A stretch of 64,000 nt of DNA from Pseudomonadota bacterium (lineage in GTDB: Bacteria; Pseudomonadota; Gammaproteobacteria; Burkholderiales; Rhodocyclaceae): the NCBI GenBank assembly GCA_040754195.1, contig JBFMDJ010000025.1, positions 85,346 through 149,345 of the forward strand, written 5' to 3'. The first letter of the stretch is position 1. Each line of letters opens with the position of its first letter. The position numbers were made by a program, and so were the translations under genes. Positions 45,604-56,382 of this stretch are shown here, in pieces. A model generated the notes under the pieces. It did no database searches, had not been told where the DNA came from, and saw only the letters and a list, made by a program, of their open reading frames with translations.

Positions 45604-46647
45604 ATGGACATCACAGAACTGCTCGCCTTCGTCGTCAAGAACAAGGCTTCCGACCTGCACCTCTCGTCCGGCCTGCCGCCGATGATCCGTGTCCATGGCG
45701 ATATCCGCCGCATCAACCTGCCGGCGATGGAGCACAAGGACGTGCATGGGATGATCTACGACATCATGAACGACGGGCAGCGCAAGTTCTACGAGGAGAA
45801 TCTGGAGTGCGATTTCTCCTTCGCCGTGCCGAACTTGGCGCGCTTCCGGGTCAACGCCTACGTGCAGAACCGCGGCGCCGCCGCCGTGCTGCGGACGATT
45901 CCCTCGAAGGTGCTGTCGCTCGAACAGCTCAACGCGCCGAAGATCTTCAAGGAAATCGCCGACCAGCCGCGCGGCATCGTGCTGGTCACCGGCCCGACCG
46001 GCTCCGGCAAGTCGACCACGCTGGCGGCGATGATCGACCACAAGAACGATACCGAATACGGCCACATCCTCACTGTCGAGGACCCGATCGAATTCGTGCA
46101 TGAGTCGAAGAAGTGCCTGGTCAACCAGCGCGAGGTCGGGCCGCACACCAAGTCCTTCAACAACGCGCTGCGTTCGGCGCTGCGCGAAGACCCGGACGTC
46201 ATCCTCGTCGGCGAAATGCGCGATCTCGAAACCATCCGCCTCGCGCTCTCCGGCGCCGAGACTGGCCACCTGGTGTTCGGCACGCTGCATACCTCCTCCG
46301 CGGCCAAGACCATCGACCGTATCGTCGACGTCTTCCCGGCGGCGGAGAAGGAGATGGTGCGCGCGATGCTCTCCGAATCGCTGAAGGCGGTGATCTCGCA
46401 GACGCTGCTGAAGACCAAGGACGGCAGCGGCCGCGTCGCGGCGCACGAAATCATGATCGGCACGCCGGCGATCCGCAACCTGATCCGCGAGAACAAGATC
46501 GCCCAGATGTATTCGTCGATCCAGACCGGCCAGCAGTTCGGCATGCAGACGCTCGACCAGAACCTGCAGGACTTGGTCAAGCGCAACATCGTGTCGTCGG
46601 CCGAGGCGCGCAGCAAGGCCGCCAACAAGGACACGTTCCCTGGCTAA
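45604..46647 (+). CDS. pilT: Type IV pilus retraction ATPase PilT
   Basis: ASDLHL, GPTGSGKSTT, EDPIE, LREDPD, GTLHT, AIRNLIRE. Confidence 0.97.
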   Translation: MDITELLAFVVKNKASDLHLSSGLPPMIRVHGDIRRINLPAMEHKDVHGMIYDIMNDGQRKFYEENLECDFSFAVPNLARFRVNAYVQNRGAAAVLRTIPSKVLSLEQLNAPKIFKEIADQPRGIVLVTGPTGSGKSTTLAAMIDHKNDTEYGHILTVEDPIEFVHESKKCLVNQREVGPHTKSFNNALRSALREDPDVILVGEMRDLETIRLALSGAETGHLVFGTLHTSSAAKTIDRIVDVFPAAEKEMVRAMLSESLKAVISQTLLKTKDGSGRVAAHEIMIGTPAIRNLIRENKIAQMYSSIQTGQQFGMQTLDQNLQDLVKRNIVSSAEARSKAANKDTFPG

Positions 46648-46662
46648 TTCCGGAGTCGCACC

Positions 46663-47799
46663 ATGGAAAGAGACGAAGCACTCAAGTTCATGCACCAGTT
46701 GCTGGCGATGATGATCCAGAAGAAGGGCTCCGACCTCTTCATCACCGCCGGCTTTCCGCCCGCCATGAAGGTCGACGGCAAGATGACTCCGGTCACCGCG
46801 CAGGCCCTGACGCCGCAGCACACCATCGAACTGGCGCGCGCGGTGATGAACGACAAGCAGGCCGCCGAGTTCGAGGCGACCAAGGAATGCAACTTCGCCA
46901 TCAGCCCGGCCGGCATCGGCCGCTTCCGCGTCAATGCCTTCGTCCAGCAGGGGCGTTCCGGCCTGATCCTGCGCACCATCACGACGACCATCCCGAAGTT
47001 CGAGGACCTCAACCTGCCGCCGGTGCTCAAGGACGTGGTGATGACCAAGCGCGGCCTCGTGCTATTCGTCGGCGGCACCGGGTCCGGCAAGTCAACCTCG
47101 ATGGCGGCGATGATCGGCTACCGCAACGAGAACAGCTACGGCCACATCATCACCATCGAAGACCCGGTCGAATACGTGCATGACCACAAGAACTGCATCA
47201 TCACGCAGCGCGAGGTCGGCGTCGACACCGAATCCTGGGAAGCGGCACTGAAGAATACCCTGCGCCAGGCGCCCGACGTGATCCTGATCGGCGAAATTCG
47301 GGACAGGGAGGTCATGGAGCACGCCATCGCCTTCGCCGAGACCGGCCACCTCGCCATGGGCACGCTGCACGCCAACAACTCCAACCAGGCGATGGACCGC
47401 ATCATCAACTTCTTCCCCGAGGAGCGCCGGCCGCAGCTCCTGATGGACCTCTCGCTCAACCTCAAGGCGGTCGTCTCGCAACGCCTGATCCCGCTCAAGG
47501 AGGGCAAGGGCCGCGCCGCCGCCATCGAGATCCTGCTCAACTCGCCGCTGATCTCCGACCTGATCGGCAAGGGCGAGGTGCATGGCATCAAGGAGATCAT
47601 GAAGAAGTCGCGCGAACTGGGCATGCAGACCTTCGACCAGGCGCTGTTCGACCTCTACGAGGCCGGCAAGATCAGCTACGAGGACGCCCTGCGCTTCGCC
47701 GACTCGATGAACGAGGTGCGGCTGATGATCAAGCTGCACGGCAAGGAGACTGCCGACAAGGATTTGGCCGGCGGCATCCAGCACCTCGACATCGTCTAG
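46663..47799 (+). CDS. pilU: Type IV pilus ATPase PilU
   Basis: GSDLFIT, GGTGSGKSTS, LRQAPD, GTLHANN, GMQTFDQAL; directly after pilT. Confidence 0.96.
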   Translation: MERDEALKFMHQLLAMMIQKKGSDLFITAGFPPAMKVDGKMTPVTAQALTPQHTIELARAVMNDKQAAEFEATKECNFAISPAGIGRFRVNAFVQQGRSGLILRTITTTIPKFEDLNLPPVLKDVVMTKRGLVLFVGGTGSGKSTSMAAMIGYRNENSYGHIITIEDPVEYVHDHKNCIITQREVGVDTESWEAALKNTLRQAPDVILIGEIRDREVMEHAIAFAETGHLAMGTLHANNSNQAMDRIINFFPEERRPQLLMDLSLNLKAVVSQRLIPLKEGKGRAAAIEILLNSPLISDLIGKGEVHGIKEIMKKSRELGMQTFDQALFDLYEAGKISYEDALRFADSMNEVRLMIKLHGKETADKDLAGGIQHLDIV

Positions 47800-49001
47800 C
47801 GGTGCTGTCCTGACACGATGTCGAAGCCGTAGAGCCGGCACTCGAGGTTGCCGTTGTAGAGCGGGACCTTGCGTTTCGGCTTGAGCCCGATGAGCTTCGG
47901 CAGGTTGGCGTCGGCCGAGAGAAACCAGCAGTGCCAGCCGGCGAAGCGCTGCTTCAGCGCGTTGCCCAGTCGCGGGTAGATGGCGGCGAGCGCCGTGGCC
48001 TCTCCCAAGCGTTCGCCGTAAGGCGGATTGGTCACGAGAACGCCCGCCTCGGCTGGCGGCGAGAGTTCCAGGATGTCGGCGCGCCGCAGCTCGACAAGAT
48101 CGTCGAGGCCGGCATGGGCGAGGTTCTGCCGGGCGCGCGCCACCGCGTCATCGTCGCTGTCGCTGCCCCAGATCGGCAACCGGTCCGGCGCGGCGACGCG
48201 GCGTTCGGCGACGGCCATGCATAGTCGTTTCCACAACGCCGGCTCGTAGTCGAGCAATTTCGTGAAGCCGAAATCCTTCATGTCGCGCCCCAGCCCGGGC
48301 GCGTCGCCGAGCGCCATGCCGGCCGCCTCCAGCAGCAGCGTGCCCGAACCGCACATCGGGTCGAGCAGCGGCGTGCCGGGCGTCCAGCCCGCGAGCCGCA
48401 GCATGCCGGCAGCGAGGTTCTCCTTGAGCGGCGCGGCCACCTTGGCGACCTTCTGGCCGCGCAGCCAGAGCGGTTCGCCCGAGGTATCGAGATACAGCGT
48501 CGCCGTCCGGTCGGTGACATAGAGATGGATACGCACATCGGGCGCGGCGGTATTCACGTCGGGGCGCTTGCCGACGACGGCGCGGAAACGGTCGCAGACG
48601 GCATCCTTGACCTTCAGCGTGATGAACTCGGTGCTCTTGAATGGCGCCTTCACGGCGGTGACATAGACGCGGATGCTGCGCCCGACGTCGAACAGGCGCG
48701 GCCAGTCTGTATCGTAGGCGAGCCGGTAGATGTCCTGCTCGTCGCGAAAGTCAGCCCCGGCGACACGGCGCAGCACGCGCGTGGCGATGCGCGATTCGAG
48801 ATTGAGCCGGTAGCCTGCCTCCTTGCCGCCGATGAAGCCCGCGCCGCCGTGGGTCGGCGCCACCTCACGGCCGCCGGCGGCGGCGATGTCCTCTGCCAGC
48901 AACGCCTCCAGTCCGCGCGGGCAGGTGGCGAACCAGCGCTCGTCGCGCGGCGCCTCCGCCTTGCGGACGACGCGCCGCACCGGTCGTCCGCTCGCGCTCA
49001 A
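47796..49001 (-). CDS. THUMP-domain RNA methyltransferase (RlmL N-terminal half-like)
   Basis: FATCPRGLE, LYLDTSGEPL, APLKENLAA, LDPMCGSGT, VTNPPYGERL. Start TTG 49001 (overlapping the hemJ stop) or GTG 48980. Confidence 0.88.
   Translation of the reverse strand: MSASGRPVRRVVRKAEAPRDERWFATCPRGLEALLAEDIAAAGGREVAPTHGGAGFIGGKEAGYRLNLESRIATRVLRRVAGADFRDEQDIYRLAYDTDWPRLFDVGRSIRVYVTAVKAPFKSTEFITLKVKDAVCDRFRAVVGKRPDVNTAAPDVRIHLYVTDRTATLYLDTSGEPLWLRGQKVAKVAAPLKENLAAGMLRLAGWTPGTPLLDPMCGSGTLLLEAAGMALGDAPGLGRDMKDFGFTKLLDYEPALWKRLCMAVAERRVAAPDRLPIWGSDSDDDAVARARQNLAHAGLDDLVELRRADILELSPPAEAGVLVTNPPYGERLGEATALAAIYPRLGNALKQRFAGWHCWFLSADANLPKLIGLKPKRKVPLYNGNLECRLYGFDIVSGQHR
48747..48770 (-). repeat. Dispersed 25-nt motif copy, inside the THUMP methyltransferase CDS
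   Basis: AAAGTCAGCCCCGGCGACACGGCG, encoding RRVAGADF. Confidence 0.8.
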
Positions 49002-49414
49002 AACGGCTTCACCACGACAAGGATGCACACGGCGAGCAGCACCAGCACCGGCAGCTCGTTGAAGAAGCGGAACCAGACATGCGAACGCCGGTTCGCGCCG
49101 GCGGCGAACGCTTTGAGCAGGCTGCCGCAATAAAAATGGTAGCCGACCAGCAGGGCGACCAGCGTCGTCTTGGCATGCAGCCAGCCGCCATGGAAGCCGA
49201 AGCCGAACCACAGCCACAACCCAGTGACGACGGCGAGCGCGCCGATCGGCGTGACGAACTTGTAGAGCTTCTTCGCCATCAGGAGCAGGCGTTCGCGCTC
49301 CGCTCCGCTGTCGGCCGACACCATCGCCAGATTGACGAAGATGCGCGGCAGGTAGAACAGGCCGGCGAACCAGCTGACGACGAGGAAGATATGGAAGGCT
49401 TTCAACCAGAGCAT
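48998..49414 (-). CDS. hemJ: Protoporphyrinogen oxidase HemJ family membrane protein
   Basis: WLKAFHI...SWFAGLFYLPRIFV, WLHAK, FRFFNELP, VVKPF. Confidence 0.88.
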   Translation of the reverse strand: MLWLKAFHIFLVVSWFAGLFYLPRIFVNLAMVSADSGAERERLLLMAKKLYKFVTPIGALAVVTGLWLWFGFGFHGGWLHAKTTLVALLVGYHFYCGSLLKAFAAGANRRSHVWFRFFNELPVLVLLAVCILVVVKPF

Positions 49415-50286
49415 GGGGAGTTCCTCAGGGCGGCGGCGATGCCGTCATCGATGGTGGGATAGCGCAGGCGCAAACGCAGTTCGCGCTTCATGCGCGCATT
49501 CACGAGCCGCCGCGACTCGCCCATGAAGGACAGCAATTGCGGCGACAGTCGGGCGCGCGCCTCGGCACGGCTCGCGCGCGGCGGACGCGGCAGGTCGAAG
49601 GCGTCGGCCAGCTTGTCGAACCAGTCACCCATCGCGATGTCGCTGTCGTCGCAGATGTTGTAGGTGCGATTGGGGCGGCCGCGCTCCAGCGCGGCAGCGC
49701 AGGCCGCGCCCAGATCCTCGGCGTGGATGTGGTTGGTATAGACATCCTCGGCCGCGACCAGCACCGGGGCGCCGCGCCGGACGCGTTCGAGCGGCAGGCG
49801 GTCGGCGGCGTAGATGCCGGGCGCGCGCAACACGCTGACGCGTGCGTGGCGCCGACCGAAGGCGCGCAACGCACGCTCCGCCGCGGCGCGGCGGCGGGCG
49901 CGGGCGGTCGTGGCGGCAAGCGGACGAATCTCGCTCACCCGCGCGCCCGCGCAGTCGCCATAGACGCCCGTGGTGCCGATGTAGACGATGCGGCGTGGTA
50001 GACTTCCCGGCCTTGTCAGGGTCGCCAGCAGGCGTTGCGTACGGGGATCGCCATCACCTTCCGCCGGGGGCGGCGCGCTGTGCAGCACGGCGTGCGCCAG
50101 CCCCGCCAGACGGCGCAGCGTCGCCGGAGCGTCGAGGTCGCCGCGGATTTGCGTCACGCCCGCCGCGCGCAGGGCCGGATCGAAGCCGCGCACCAGCGCG
50201 TAGGTCCGCCAGCGGCGTGTCAGGACGGGTAGGACGCGGCGCACGACGTCGCCGCAACCGACGATCAGCAATCTTCTTTTCTTCAC
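49402..50286 (-). CDS. NAD-dependent epimerase/dehydratase (YeeZ-like SDR)
   Basis: IVGCGDV, TTGVYGDC, LRAPGIY, NHIHAEDL. Confidence 0.85.
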   Translation of the reverse strand: MKKRRLLIVGCGDVVRRVLPVLTRRWRTYALVRGFDPALRAAGVTQIRGDLDAPATLRRLAGLAHAVLHSAPPPAEGDGDPRTQRLLATLTRPGSLPRRIVYIGTTGVYGDCAGARVSEIRPLAATTARARRRAAAERALRAFGRRHARVSVLRAPGIYAADRLPLERVRRGAPVLVAAEDVYTNHIHAEDLGAACAAALERGRPNRTYNICDDSDIAMGDWFDKLADAFDLPRPPRASRAEARARLSPQLLSFMGESRRLVNARMKRELRLRLRYPTIDDGIAAALRNSPCSG

Positions 50287-50300
50287 CGGACGATTATCGC

Positions 50301-51308
50301 ATGGCCCATCAAGTCACCCTCCAACCCAGCGGTCACGGCTTCGCCGTCGCGGACGGCGCCACGATCCTCGACGCCGGCCTCGACGCCGGCCTCATCCTGC
50401 CCTACGGCTGCAAGAATGGCGCCTGCGGAGCATGCAAGGGCAAGGTGCTCGCGGGCACGGTCGACCACGGCGCGGCACAGGACGACGCCCTGCCGGCCGC
50501 GGAACGCGCCGCCGGCATGGCCCTGCTGTGCTGCGCGAAGCCGCTCACCGACCTGACGCTCGAAGTGCGCGAGGTCGCCGCCGCCAAGGAAATCCCGGTC
50601 AAGACGCTGCCCTGCCGCGTGCAATCGCTGGAGCGCGTCGCCGCGGACGTGATGGTCCTTCGCCTCAGGCTGCCGACCAACGAGCGCATGCAGTTCCTCG
50701 CCGGCCAATACATCGAATTCCTGCTCCCCGACGGCAAGCGCCGCGCCTTCTCGCTGGCCAGCGCCCCCCATGCCGACGACCTGCTGGAGTTGCACGTGCG
50801 CTACGTTCCCGGCGGCAACTTCACCGAACATGTCTTCAACACGATGAAGGAGAAGGACATCCTGCGCATCGAAGGGCCCTTGGGTACCTTCTTCCTGCGC
50901 GAGGAATCGACGAAGCCGATCATCCTCGTCGCCGGCGGCACCGGCTTCGCGCCGATCAAGGGTCTCGTCGAGCATGCGCTGCATATCGGCATCCAGCGTC
51001 CGATGCATCTCTACTGGGGCGCGAAGGACCGCGCCGGCCTGTATCTGCATTCGCTGGCCGAAAGCTGGACGTCCATCCATTCGCATTTCAGCTTCACGCC
51101 GGTCCTTTCCGACCCGGATGCCGACTGGAACGGCCGGACCGGACTGGTGCATGAGGTCGTGATGGCCGACCATCCCGACCTGTCGCCCTTCCAGGCCTAC
51201 GTCTGCGGCGCGCCGGCGATGTGCGAGGCGGCGCTGAAGGATTTCACGGCACGCGGCCTGCCCAAGGAAGAGTTTTTCGCCGACGTGTTCTCCTACGCGC
51301 CGCGCTGA
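50301..51308 (+). CDS. [2Fe-2S]-FAD-NAD oxidoreductase (AscD/CDP-6-deoxy-glucoseen reductase-like)
   Basis: YGCKNGACGAC, RAFSLAS, AGGTGFAP, YVCG; ATG 50301. Confidence 0.88.
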   Translation: MAHQVTLQPSGHGFAVADGATILDAGLDAGLILPYGCKNGACGACKGKVLAGTVDHGAAQDDALPAAERAAGMALLCCAKPLTDLTLEVREVAAAKEIPVKTLPCRVQSLERVAADVMVLRLRLPTNERMQFLAGQYIEFLLPDGKRRAFSLASAPHADDLLELHVRYVPGGNFTEHVFNTMKEKDILRIEGPLGTFFLREESTKPIILVAGGTGFAPIKGLVEHALHIGIQRPMHLYWGAKDRAGLYLHSLAESWTSIHSHFSFTPVLSDPDADWNGRTGLVHEVVMADHPDLSPFQAYVCGAPAMCEAALKDFTARGLPKEEFFADVFSYAPR

Positions 51309-51309
51309 A

Positions 51310-51334
51310 AAAAGTCAGTCCCGGCGGGACGGCG
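51310..51334 (-). repeat. Dispersed 25-nt motif, perfect copy between convergent genes
   Basis: AAAAGTCAGTCCCGGCGGGACGGCG, immediately after the reductase stop codon. Confidence 0.92.
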
Positions 51335-51340
51335 GAAGGT

Positions 51341-52061
<721 letters not shown>

Positions 52062-52069
<8 letters not shown>

Positions 52070-52832
52070 CGCTGCCTCCCAGATAGGCTTCGATGACCTT
52101 GGGGTCGCGCTGCACGACCTCGGGCACGTCCTCGGCGATCTTCTCGCCGTAATCGAGCACGGCAACGCGGTCGCACAGGCCCATCACGAGCTTGACGTCG
52201 TGCTCGATCAGCAGCACCGTCAGGCCGTCGGCGCGCAGGCCTTCGATGAGCTGGCGCAGCCCGGCGGTCTCGGTGGCGTTCATGCCGGCGGCCGGCTCGT
52301 CGAGCGCCAGCAGCTTCGGATCAGTGGCCAGCGCCCGGGCGATCTCCAGCCGACGCTGGTCGCCGTAGGACAGGTGGCGCGCAAGATCGCCGGCGCGATG
52401 GGCGATGCCGACATAGTGCAGCAACTCCTCGGCGCGGCGGCGGATGGCTGCCTCCTCCTCACGCTGGGCGCGCGTGCGCAGGATCGCGCCGAACACGCCC
52501 GCATGCGTGCGCACGTGCCGGCCGACCATGACATTCTCGATCGCCGTCATGTTGCCGAACAGGCGGATGTTCTGGAAGGTGCGCGCGATGCCGGACTGCG
52601 CGACGCGATGCGGCGCGCCGAGCCGCAGCGGCGCGCCGTCGAACAGCACGTCGCCGTCGTCGCGCGCATACAGGCCCGTCAGCACGTTGAAGAAGGTGGT
52701 CTTGCCCGCGCCGTTCGGACCGATCAGGCCGTAGATTTCGTTCGCCCGGATCGTCAGCGAAACGTCCTTGAGCGCCTGCACGCCACCGAAGCGCTTGCCG
52801 ATGCCGCGGGCTTCGAGCAACACCCCGGTCAT
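52062..52832 (-). CDS. livG: Branched-chain amino acid ABC ATPase LivG
   Basis: GPNGAGKTT, IARTFQNIRLF, LSYGDQRR, LDEPAAG; ATG 52832. Confidence 0.94.
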
Positions 52833-53878
52833 GCGTCCTTCTCGCTCATCTCGCGGCGGTGGCGCGACTCGGGCCACAGGCCGGCGGGGCGGAAGCGCAT
52901 GGTCAGCACCAGCGCGGCGCCGAAGATCAGCATGCGCAGCACCTCGGGCTCGACCAGCAGGCGCCCGAACAGCGCCTTCTGCGCCGGCTCGACGGTGTAG
53001 CGCAGGAACTCCGGTACGAAGGACAGCAGCGTCGCTCCGGCGATCACGCCCCAGACATTGCCCATGCCGCCCAGCACCACCATCGACAGCACCATGATCG
53101 ACTCGTGCAGCACGAAGCTTTCCGGGCTGATGAATCCCTGCATCGAGGCGAACATGCCGCCGGCGACGCCGCCGAAGGAGGCGCCCATCGCGAAGGCCAG
53201 CAGCTTGACGTTGCGCGTGTTGATGCCAGCCGCCTTGGCCGCGACCTCGTCCTCGCGGATGGCGACCCAAGCGCGGCCGATGCGCGAGTCCTGCAGGCGC
53301 AGATTGACGACGATGACGCCCAGCAGCAGGAGCAGCAGCATGTAGTAATACTTCGTCGGCCCGGTGAAGTCGATGCCGAGCAGCGTGTCGGTGCGGGTGA
53401 AGTTCATCCCGCCCAGGCTCATGCCGTCGATGCGCGTGATGCCCTTCGGCCCGTTGGTGATGTTGAAGGGCGACGACAGGTTGTTCATGAAGATGCGCAC
53501 GATCTCGCCGAAGCCGAGCGTGACGATGGCGAGGTAGTCGCCGCGCAGGCGCAGCGTCGGCGCGCCGAGCACGGCGCCGGCGACGCAGGCGAGCAGCGCG
53601 CCCACCGGCAGGATCGCCCAGAAGGACAGATGCAGATCGAAATGCGGCGAGGCGAGCAACGCCCAGGTGTAGGCCCCGACGGCGTAGAAGGCGATGTAGC
53701 CGAGGTCGAGCAGGCCAGCCATGCCGACGACGATGTTGAGGCCGAGCGACAGGAAGATGAACAGGATGGCGAAGTTGGCGATGCGCACCCAGGCGGTGCC
53801 GACCTGCGTCAGCACCAGCGGCAGCATCAGCAGCGCGAGGGCGACCAGGGCGACGCCGAAGGCTTTTTTCCGCGTCAT
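52829..53878 (-). CDS. livM: Branched-chain amino acid ABC permease LivM
   Basis: GLLDLGYIAFY, LRGDYLAIVTLGFGEI, VVLGGMG; ATG 53878. Confidence 0.94.
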   Translation of the reverse strand: MTRKKAFGVALVALALLMLPLVLTQVGTAWVRIANFAILFIFLSLGLNIVVGMAGLLDLGYIAFYAVGAYTWALLASPHFDLHLSFWAILPVGALLACVAGAVLGAPTLRLRGDYLAIVTLGFGEIVRIFMNNLSSPFNITNGPKGITRIDGMSLGGMNFTRTDTLLGIDFTGPTKYYYMLLLLLLGVIVVNLRLQDSRIGRAWVAIREDEVAAKAAGINTRNVKLLAFAMGASFGGVAGGMFASMQGFISPESFVLHESIMVLSMVVLGGMGNVWGVIAGATLLSFVPEFLRYTVEPAQKALFGRLLVEPEVLRMLIFGAALVLTMRFRPAGLWPESRHRREMSEKDA

Positions 53879-54867
53879 GCGCGCTCCGACACTCTTTCGC
53901 CGAGCAGGCCCGAGGGGCGGAACACCAGCACGAGGATCAACACGAGGAAGGCGAACACATCCTGGTAGTTGCTGCCGAACAGGACGGCGTGGCCGCCGTC
54001 GGCGCAGCGCTCGGTGAGCCAGTCGCCCACCAGCGGCCAGTGGCACAGGTCGGTGAGGTCGCCGATGTAGCCGGTGCCGAGCGCTTCCACCAAGCCGAGC
54101 AGGATGCCGCCGAGCATGGCGCCGGCGAGGTTGCCGATGCCGCCCAGCACCGCCGCCGAGAAGGCCTTGAGGCCGAGGGTGAACCCCATCGTGTAGTGGG
54201 CGATGCCGTAATAAGTGCCAACCATCACGCCGGCGACTGCGGCGAGCGCGGCGCCGATGACGAAGGTGGCGGCGATCACGCGGTTGGCATCGACGCCCAT
54301 CAGCGCCGCGACGCGTACGTCCTCGGCCGTGGCGCGGATGGCGATGCCGAAGCGCGTCCGATACACGAACCAGGTGAGGCCCGCCATCATCGCCACCGAG
54401 AGCAGGATGATGGCGATCTGCACGCTGCTGATCGCCGCGCCGCCGATGACGAAACTGGTGTTCTCCATGATCTGCGGAAAGGCACGCGGATCGCGCCCCC
54501 AGATCAGCAGGGCGAGATGCTGCAGGATGATCGACATGCCGATGGCGGTGATCAGCGGCGCGAGGCGCGGCGCATGCCGTAGCGGCCGGTAGGCCAGGCG
54601 TTCGAGCAGGTAGCCGATCGCCATGCAGACGGGAATCGCGGCGACCACGCCGGCCAGCACGATGACGAGCGGCGGCAGGGGCAGGCCGGCGCCCGCGAGG
54701 GCCATGATGACGCTAAACGCCACCATCGCGCCGATCATCACCACCTCGCCGTGGGCGAAGTTGATCAACTGGATGACGCCATAGACCATCGTGTAGCCAA
54801 GCGCGACGATGGCATAGACGCTGCCCGTGGTCAGGCCGTTGATGATCTGCTGCAGGAAGATGTCCAC
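53875..54867 (-). CDS. livH: Branched-chain amino acid ABC permease LivH
   Basis: ALGYTMVYG, INFAHGE, KAFSAAVLGGIG, RPSGLLG. Confidence 0.94.
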   Translation of the reverse strand: MDIFLQQIINGLTTGSVYAIVALGYTMVYGVIQLINFAHGEVVMIGAMVAFSVIMALAGAGLPLPPLVIVLAGVVAAIPVCMAIGYLLERLAYRPLRHAPRLAPLITAIGMSIILQHLALLIWGRDPRAFPQIMENTSFVIGGAAISSVQIAIILLSVAMMAGLTWFVYRTRFGIAIRATAEDVRVAALMGVDANRVIAATFVIGAALAAVAGVMVGTYYGIAHYTMGFTLGLKAFSAAVLGGIGNLAGAMLGGILLGLVEALGTGYIGDLTDLCHWPLVGDWLTERCADGGHAVLFGSNYQDVFAFLVLILVLVFRPSGLLGERVSERA

Positions 54868-54937
54868 GCGGAGATATTACCTTGGATGGATGAAACAACG
54901 GCACCCGCAGGTGCCGTTGTTCCGGGGCCGGACCAGC

Positions 54938-56248
54938 TTACATCTTGGCCGGCGCGGCGGGGGCCTCGGCAGGCTTCGCTTCGGGGGCAGCAGGTGCTGG
55001 AGCAGGAGCGGCTTCGGCAGGTGCCGGGGTCGCCATGGCGGCATACTCGTCCAGCGTCAGCGACTTGCCGCCCTTGATGATCGCCAGCGGCGTGATCTTG
55101 CCTTCCTTCAGGGTGAAGATCGTCATCTCGGCGTCCTTGCGGTCGCCCTTCTCGTCGAACTGGATGTTGCCGGAAGCGCCGTTGTAGTCGATGGCCGCCA
55201 GCGCGGGCAGATACTTGGCCGGATCGGCCGAATCCGCCTTCTTCATCGCCTCGATCAGCAGCTTGGTCGAATCGTAGGTGAAGGGCGCATAGAGGATCGG
55301 GTCGATGCCGAACTTGGCCTTGTAGCCTGCGAGGAACTTCTGGCCCGCCGCCTGCACCGGGATGCCGGCCTGCGAACAGATCAGGCCTTCGGCCGCCGCG
55401 CCGGCCAGCTCGGCCATCTTGTCGGTGCATGCGCCATCGCCGAAGCTGAACACCGCGGCGATCTTCAGCTCGCGGGCCTGCTTGAGCAGCGGGCCGCCGG
55501 TAGCGTCCATGCCGCCGTAGAAGACGGCGCTCGGCTTCTTGCCCTTGACCTTGGTCAGCACGGCCTTCCAGTCGGCCGTCTTGTCGGTGCCCTTCTCGCG
55601 CGGCAGCACCTTCACGCCGGCGGCCTTGAGCGTCTTCTCGACTTCGTTGGCGAGGCCCTCGCCGTAGGCGGTGGCGTCGTCGATGATGGCGACGGATTTC
55701 GGCTTGGCGGTGGCGATCAGGTAGTTGGCGACGGCCGGACCCTGCTGGTCGTCGCGGCCGACGACGCGGAACACGTTGTTGAAGCCCTGCTCGGTCAGCG
55801 CCGGGTTGGTCGCGGAACCGGAAATCATCGGCAGTCCGGCCTGGTTGTAGATGGCCGAGGCGGGAATGGTGGTGCCGGAATTCAGGTGGCCGACCACGCC
55901 GACCACCTTGGCGTCGACCAGCTTCTGGGCGACGGTGTTGCCGACCTTGGGATCGGCCTGGTCATCCTCGGCGACCAGTTCGAACTTGACCGGCTTGCCG
56001 CCAAGCATCGGCTTCTCGGCATTGACCTCGTCGAGTGCGAGGCGGGCGCCGTTCTCGTTGTCCTTGCCGAGGTGGGCGATGCCGCCGGTCAGCGGCGCGA
56101 CGTGGCCGATCCTGACCGTCGTCACCTGTGGCGCGGGGGGTGGCGCCTGCACCTTGGGCGGGGGCGGCGGGGGTTCTTCCTTGCCGCAACCCATCATCAG
56201 GACGGCGGCGGCGACGGAAAGAGACAGGACTTTCGCTGAAGTGTTCAT
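54938..56248 (-). CDS. livK: Branched-chain amino acid ABC substrate-binding lipoprotein
   Basis: ATG 56248; lipobox-like MMGC plus Pro-rich linker; RIGHVAPLTG, GHLNSG, FRVVGRDDQQG. Confidence 0.92.
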   Translation of the reverse strand: MNTSAKVLSLSVAAAVLMMGCGKEEPPPPPPKVQAPPPAPQVTTVRIGHVAPLTGGIAHLGKDNENGARLALDEVNAEKPMLGGKPVKFELVAEDDQADPKVGNTVAQKLVDAKVVGVVGHLNSGTTIPASAIYNQAGLPMISGSATNPALTEQGFNNVFRVVGRDDQQGPAVANYLIATAKPKSVAIIDDATAYGEGLANEVEKTLKAAGVKVLPREKGTDKTADWKAVLTKVKGKKPSAVFYGGMDATGGPLLKQARELKIAAVFSFGDGACTDKMAELAGAAAEGLICSQAGIPVQAAGQKFLAGYKAKFGIDPILYAPFTYDSTKLLIEAMKKADSADPAKYLPALAAIDYNGASGNIQFDEKGDRKDAEMTIFTLKEGKITPLAIIKGGKSLTLDEYAAMATPAPAEAAPAPAPAAPEAKPAEAPAAPAKM

Positions 56249-56288
56249 CGGGGCATCTCCGTGGGTTGGGTCAGGAATGGGGTGGGTG

Positions 56289-56317
56289 ATTCTTGCGCGG
56301 CATGACAGGCATGTCAA
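56289..56317 (-). promoter_or_regulatory. Sigma70 promoter for livK
   Basis: On the minus strand TTGACA-17 nt-AAGAAT, with the -10 element 40 nt upstream of the livK ATG. Confidence 0.55.
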
Positions 56318-56333
56318 TGCACCGGCTCCGGAA

Positions 56334-56365
56334 ACGAAAAACCCGGCCGCAGCCGGGTTTTTCGT
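56334..56365 (-). terminator. Intrinsic terminator after the cytochrome c gene (symmetric, potentially bidirectional)
   Basis: ACGAAAAACCCGGC-CGCA-GCCGGGTTTTTCGT perfect inverted repeat. Confidence 0.85.
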
Positions 56366-56382
56366 GATGCGCGCCAGTCTGG

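Noticed and set aside
50301-51308. AscD-like reductase plus SDR epimerase as a dideoxysugar/O-antigen locus
   Set aside because: No nucleotidyltransferase, dehydratase, glycosyltransferase or flippase nearby; more likely a general flavin/ferredoxin reductase.
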